From a bacterium (GTDB lineage Bacteria; UBA8248), in contig OZ242260.1 of NCBI GenBank assembly GCA_965207065.1, forward strand, positions 4,320,001 through 4,384,000: a stretch of DNA of 64,000 bases, given 5' to 3'. Below the pieces are notes generated by a model. That model saw nothing but the letters and a program-made list of their open reading frames with translations, was not told the DNA's origin and did no database searches. A program made the position numbers and the translations under genes. This document shows, one piece after another, positions 60,045-64,000 of the stretch (its first letter is position 1; every line of letters starts with the position of its first letter).

Positions 60045-61241
60045 TCAGTATGTTTCTCCAGATTTTTCCAGTTGCTCACGGTGATTCAACCAACCCTGCC
60101 GAAAACGCTCCGCCGCCGCCTTTTTGAAATTCTCGCAAGCGAATCGCTCCGCTTGTCTGCGCGCGGCCTCAGGCGAGAATCGATGCTCTATCTTCTCAAA
60201 CGCCAAGACAGCCTCTTCGATATGCTTCGACTCAGAACTGGAGAAAAACATTCCCGTAGGCGCAACTTCCTCGCCTTCCGCCCCATTCCATGGTGTGAAG
60301 CCCAGCGGCGCTTCATATTCCTGCGCATTCACGCCCACGACGGTTTCGAGCGCGCCGCCCTTGCCCAGAGCGAGAACAGGACGACCGCATGCCTGCGCCT
60401 CGAGCGGGGTGATGCCGAAGTCTTCTTCTCCCGGCAGGATGAAGGCGCGGCATCCGGCATAAAGCTCACGGATGGTATCATCATCTTGCCAACCCAAAAA
60501 CTCCACGTTCGATTTCCCTGTCTCGCGGATGCGATCAAAATCCTGCCCCTCTCCCACCACCTTCAGCGGACGGCCAAGCCCCCCGAACGCCTCGACCGCC
60601 GCATCGACACGCTTATAGGGCGCGAACGCCGTGACCATTAGATAGTAGTCCGAGACGCGCTCGTTACGGGATCGATAGAACTCTGTATCCACCGGCGGGT
60701 AAAGCACCTCCGCCTGCCTGCCGTAATAGATGCGGATGCGTTCTGCTACCGTATGGCTGTTGGCGATAAAATCATGCACCCCCCTGTTGGCTTCGTTATC
60801 CCATTTTCTCAGGTATTCGACGAAGCGGGGGAAAAACCATCTGGCCGCACCATTCAGACGTGCGAGATACTCCTCGTATCCGCTCCAGGCGTAGCGCATC
60901 GGCGTATGGCAATAACTGAGGTGGTAGGTTCCATAACCACCCCTTGCCCCTTTCGCAACGCAATGCGAACTCGACAGAATAAAATCGTATTCCCTGAGGG
61001 AGAACATCCGCACGGCCGTAGGCATGAAGGGAAGCATATAGCGGTAGTGGCGCCTGGCGCCGGGTATCCGCTGCAAGGGGCTGGTATAGATGCGGTGACG
61101 CTCGATAGCCTCAGAAACCGAACCCGGCTGGTGAAACAGCGTGAAGATATCCGCCTCCGGGTATATCTCGCAAAACACCTCGAGACATTTCTCCCCACCT
61201 CTCATGCCCGTGAGCCAATCATGCACGATCGCAACCCGCAT
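60045..61241 (-). CDS. Glycosyltransferase family 4
   Basis: MRVAIVHDWLTGMRGGEK, YCHTPMRY, EDFGITPLEAQACG. Confidence 0.92.
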   Translation of the reverse strand: MRVAIVHDWLTGMRGGEKCLEVFCEIYPEADIFTLFHQPGSVSEAIERHRIYTSPLQRIPGARRHYRYMLPFMPTAVRMFSLREYDFILSSSHCVAKGARGGYGTYHLSYCHTPMRYAWSGYEEYLARLNGAARWFFPRFVEYLRKWDNEANRGVHDFIANSHTVAERIRIYYGRQAEVLYPPVDTEFYRSRNERVSDYYLMVTAFAPYKRVDAAVEAFGGLGRPLKVVGEGQDFDRIRETGKSNVEFLGWQDDDTIRELYAGCRAFILPGEEDFGITPLEAQACGRPVLALGKGGALETVVGVNAQEYEAPLGFTPWNGAEGEEVAPTGMFFSSSESKHIEEAVLAFEKIEHRFSPEAARRQAERFACENFKKAAAERFRQGWLNHREQLEKSGETY

Positions 61242-61257
61242 ATTCGCTCCTAAAGTT

Positions 61258-62388
61258 TCACGATCTGGATACGGACGGCGAAGCGGGAATCCTCCCGGGC
61301 GAATATAAAAGGGCGTCATGGTAGGCGCGTAGCGTTTCAGCGGCAAGTTTTTCCCAGTGAAAAAATCGCGCCCTATCTTTCGATTTTTCCACCAGAACGT
61401 TTCTCAGGCCCGGCTCCCTCAGAACGCGCAACATCGCGTTACGCAGGGCGTCCTTATCCCCTCGCGGAACAATCAGACCGGCATCCCCGACCACCTCTGG
61501 CAGGGAGGCCGCGTCTGAAACAATCGGCGGCACACCGCACGCCATGGCCTCCAGGGGAGGATAGCCGAAACCCTCGTAATGGGAGGGAAACACCAATGCC
61601 AGCGCGGAGCGGTAGACACTCGGCAACGCCTCCAGTGGGATATGCCCCAGAAACACCACCTCCTCGCCGAGTCCCAAAAAGCGCAAATCACTCTCGAGAC
61701 TACTCCGCTCACCCGTCATGACAAGGCGAACACCACTCGTCTCTTTCAGCAAATCCGCAAAGGCATCGAGCAGCAGTGGCAGGTTCTTGTGGCGCTTGTG
61801 GTTTCCCACATACAGAAAATAAGGTGCATTACCGAGCCGCTCCAGGGCCTCTGACCTGGGCGCGCGCCCATCCTCCCAGCCGGGCGGCAGTGCGTTGTAC
61901 GTCACGCGTATCTTTTCATCCGCGACACCCACGTGCTCTATGATGTCCCTTTTCGTGTGTTCGGAAACGGTGAGAATAACACGCGCCCGCCGCGCCGTTC
62001 TTGCGATCACCCATTTGGAAACGCGCCAATGCAGCGGTGAGGGGCATAGCAACGGAAACAACTGATGGATTAAGTCGTGAATCGTAGCCACCATGGGCGT
62101 CTTGCCAAAGAAAGGAGCGAAGTAATGCGGATGGTGGATCAGGTCCAGACGTTCGCGCCGCAAGAGACGGGGCAGCGTCATCTGCTCGGCAAGTGAGTAG
62201 GGCGGCGCTGCGCAATCCACCCTCTTGAAATTACTACCCAGACCGGCGCAAGAATCCATGTCCCTTCCCTGCAGGAACACGACGTATTCCGCATCGTCAC
62301 CGAGTTTGCCCAGCCCGGCGAGCAGGCTTTTCAGATAAGTTCCGATGCCGCCCATCGAGATCATCCGGGCGTCAATTCCTATACGCAT
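61258..62388 (-). CDS. Glycosyltransferase family 4 (group 1)
   Basis: MRIGIDAR, TIHDL, HKNL, YEGFGYPPLEAMACG, SLPEVVG. Confidence 0.93.
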   Translation of the reverse strand: MRIGIDARMISMGGIGTYLKSLLAGLGKLGDDAEYVVFLQGRDMDSCAGLGSNFKRVDCAAPPYSLAEQMTLPRLLRRERLDLIHHPHYFAPFFGKTPMVATIHDLIHQLFPLLCPSPLHWRVSKWVIARTARRARVILTVSEHTKRDIIEHVGVADEKIRVTYNALPPGWEDGRAPRSEALERLGNAPYFLYVGNHKRHKNLPLLLDAFADLLKETSGVRLVMTGERSSLESDLRFLGLGEEVVFLGHIPLEALPSVYRSALALVFPSHYEGFGYPPLEAMACGVPPIVSDAASLPEVVGDAGLIVPRGDKDALRNAMLRVLREPGLRNVLVEKSKDRARFFHWEKLAAETLRAYHDALLYSPGRIPASPSVSRS

Positions 62389-63686
62389 CTCTTCACCGCC
62401 TCATAGACGCGTTCTAGTTCGCGGTTCAACCCGTCCGTACGGATGCTGTGCCCGGAAACGGTACGTTTTCGCAACACCACCACATTCGGGCCACGCGGCC
62501 CCCATACACTCGGCTCGGCCGGCCCCTGGAAAATGCAAATCACGGGAACCCCGAGCGCCGCAGCGATATGGGTGGGGCCCGAGTCGTTGCCGATGAACAA
62601 GCGGCAGGCCTTCATCACCCCCATGAGCGAACGGAGATCCTGAACTTCTTCACACATGTCCAAAATCGTGCCCCGAACACGGACGCCCTTCATGGATTTG
62701 AGTGTCTCATCGACAATTGGCCGATCATCCGGCCCACCAAGCAACAGGACCCTGGCGGGAAGCGTGGAAACGATCCGGCTGATCAACTCTCCATAAAGTT
62801 TCGGACTCCAGATTCTCTCCACTCCCCCAGCTCCCGGATGAATCCCGATGAAAGAGCCCGAGTGATCCTCTGTGTGAGAGGCTATGCACGTTCGCCCTTC
62901 TTCCAACTCTTCTTCAGAGAGCGAAAGCGCGGGGTTTTTCGTATCAAACGGACCCAACCCTGCGTATTCGAGCATATCCAGATTAAATTCCACCTGGTGA
63001 CGTTTAGGGAACTCCGCGACCTCCGCGTCCAGACCGAAGCCGAATCCCCTGATGCCCCGCCCGACCAAATAGCGCACGCCAGCGAGTCTGGCCGTAATTA
63101 TTGACTGAAAATCGCCCGCAAAATCCACCGCCAGATCGTAAGGTCCATCGATTTCCTCGGCTCTGAGTCTCAGCAACCGCCTCAGACGCCGCATCGAACG
63201 AAAACCGAATTTCTTCCTCTTCGGCCTGTCACGCCAGGACGCATTGAAAACGAGAAAATCCACTCCCGCCAATTCTTCGTCGAACTCCCTGAACAAAGAA
63301 CGAGCGGACGAGCGAATAAGGAGGTCGATTTGCGCATCCGGCAGACTGTCACGAAGCGCACGGATTGCGGGCAGCGTGCAGACGACGTCCCCGATATGAT
63401 CGGGGCGCATCAAAAGAACGCGGCGAATTGAAGGGGGTCGTTTTCTCGTCTTGCGAAAAAAAGTCTCCCCCAGCAGGTCGATCGCACGAAACGCCCATCT
63501 AGCCGGAAATCTCTCATAGTGATAGTTGCGCTCGAAAACGGAAAGTTTGCGGCCCCCCTCTGGCCTGAGCGCCTCTCTCATCAAGGGCGAAACAGCTTTG
63601 GGAGGCACGCGCAAGCGAGCCTCATTGATAAAACGCGCCGCATCATGGGACGACTCGCGCATTCCAGCGTTTTCCGAACTGTTCAT
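62379..63686 (-). CDS. Glycosyltransferase family 9 (ADP-heptose:LPS heptosyltransferase-like)
   Basis: RPDHIGDV, IHPGAG, FIGNDSGPTHIAAALG. Confidence 0.9.
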   Translation of the reverse strand: MNSSENAGMRESSHDAARFINEARLRVPPKAVSPLMREALRPEGGRKLSVFERNYHYERFPARWAFRAIDLLGETFFRKTRKRPPSIRRVLLMRPDHIGDVVCTLPAIRALRDSLPDAQIDLLIRSSARSLFREFDEELAGVDFLVFNASWRDRPKRKKFGFRSMRRLRRLLRLRAEEIDGPYDLAVDFAGDFQSIITARLAGVRYLVGRGIRGFGFGLDAEVAEFPKRHQVEFNLDMLEYAGLGPFDTKNPALSLSEEELEEGRTCIASHTEDHSGSFIGIHPGAGGVERIWSPKLYGELISRIVSTLPARVLLLGGPDDRPIVDETLKSMKGVRVRGTILDMCEEVQDLRSLMGVMKACRLFIGNDSGPTHIAAALGVPVICIFQGPAEPSVWGPRGPNVVVLRKRTVSGHSIRTDGLNRELERVYEAVKRCV

Positions 63687-63803
63687 TGTGCGCTCTCAAA
63701 AAAATTCAACCCAACAGATTTCAAAGAATATAACGCGCTTCGCTCCCTAGCGAAATTTCCGCTCCTACCTGCTACTTTCGCGATATTTGCACCACCGCTC
63801 GCA

Positions 63804-63998
63804 TCACCCTGCAAGAATATCTCCATAGAGACAATGGGCCTTATCAGCCAGCACGTCCCAGGTGAATTCCTCGAGCGCTCTTTTGCGGCCCGCTTCCGCC
63901 AGTCGTTCGCGCTCGCGAAGTTCGTTTTGCAGTTTCTGAAGAATTGCTTGCAGAATTTCCACATTATCTTCTGGAAATACGAATCCCTCCGAACCGAT
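63804..63998 (-). CDS. C-terminal end of a GT4 glycosyltransferase (partial, runs off the window's right edge)
   Basis: Manual translation: IGSEGFVFPEDNVEILQAIL...ERLAEAGRKRALEEFTWDVLADK...*, a typical GT4 C-terminus. Confidence 0.75.
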   Translation of the reverse strand: MGSEGFVFPEDNVEILQAILQKLQNELRERERLAEAGRKRALEEFTWDVLADKAHCLYGDILAG

Positions 63999-64000
63999 GA

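Noticed and set aside
63683-63964. 93-aa minus-strand ORF in the track
   Set aside because: Wrong frame. A different frame encodes a clear GT4 C-terminus ending at 63804.

Overview
Bacterial chromosomal window, high GC overall and visibly lower in GC from about 46.2 kb onward (judged by eye, not computed). The core genes are argJ(partial)-argC, rplM-rpsI, dnaE-lipB-exbB-exbD, mutL-guaB-guaA, mazG-recD2, nfeD-slipin, thrC-metB, and a glycosyltransferase/wcaJ-kdsB-pyrG-kdsA envelope cluster. Accessory material lies between them. (1) A three-copy tandem array of 425-510 bp units sits right after recD2. Each unit is a complete minus-strand transcription unit: a sigma70-like promoter, a structured 5' leader, a small membrane-anchored protein with a length-variable Met/His coiled coil, and an intrinsic terminator. 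Each unit also repeats the last 26 bp of recD2. This is the best candidate for an undescribed system, with an architecture like the type I toxin LDR repeats. (2) Two paralogous autotransporter-like surface proteins are present, one carrying an animal-type SRCR domain. (3) A Y-family polymerase is translationally coupled to a small Zn-ribbon protein. (4) A secreted staphylococcal-nuclease homologue has lost its catalytic residues. (5) There are three decayed toxin-antitoxin remnants and many REP-like palindromes. The SRCR, cadherin-like and Calx-beta domains suggest a host-associated (e.g. sponge) bacterium, which is inference only. I found no rRNA, tRNA, CRISPR array, integrase or transposase. 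All product calls come from motif recognition, not database searches.
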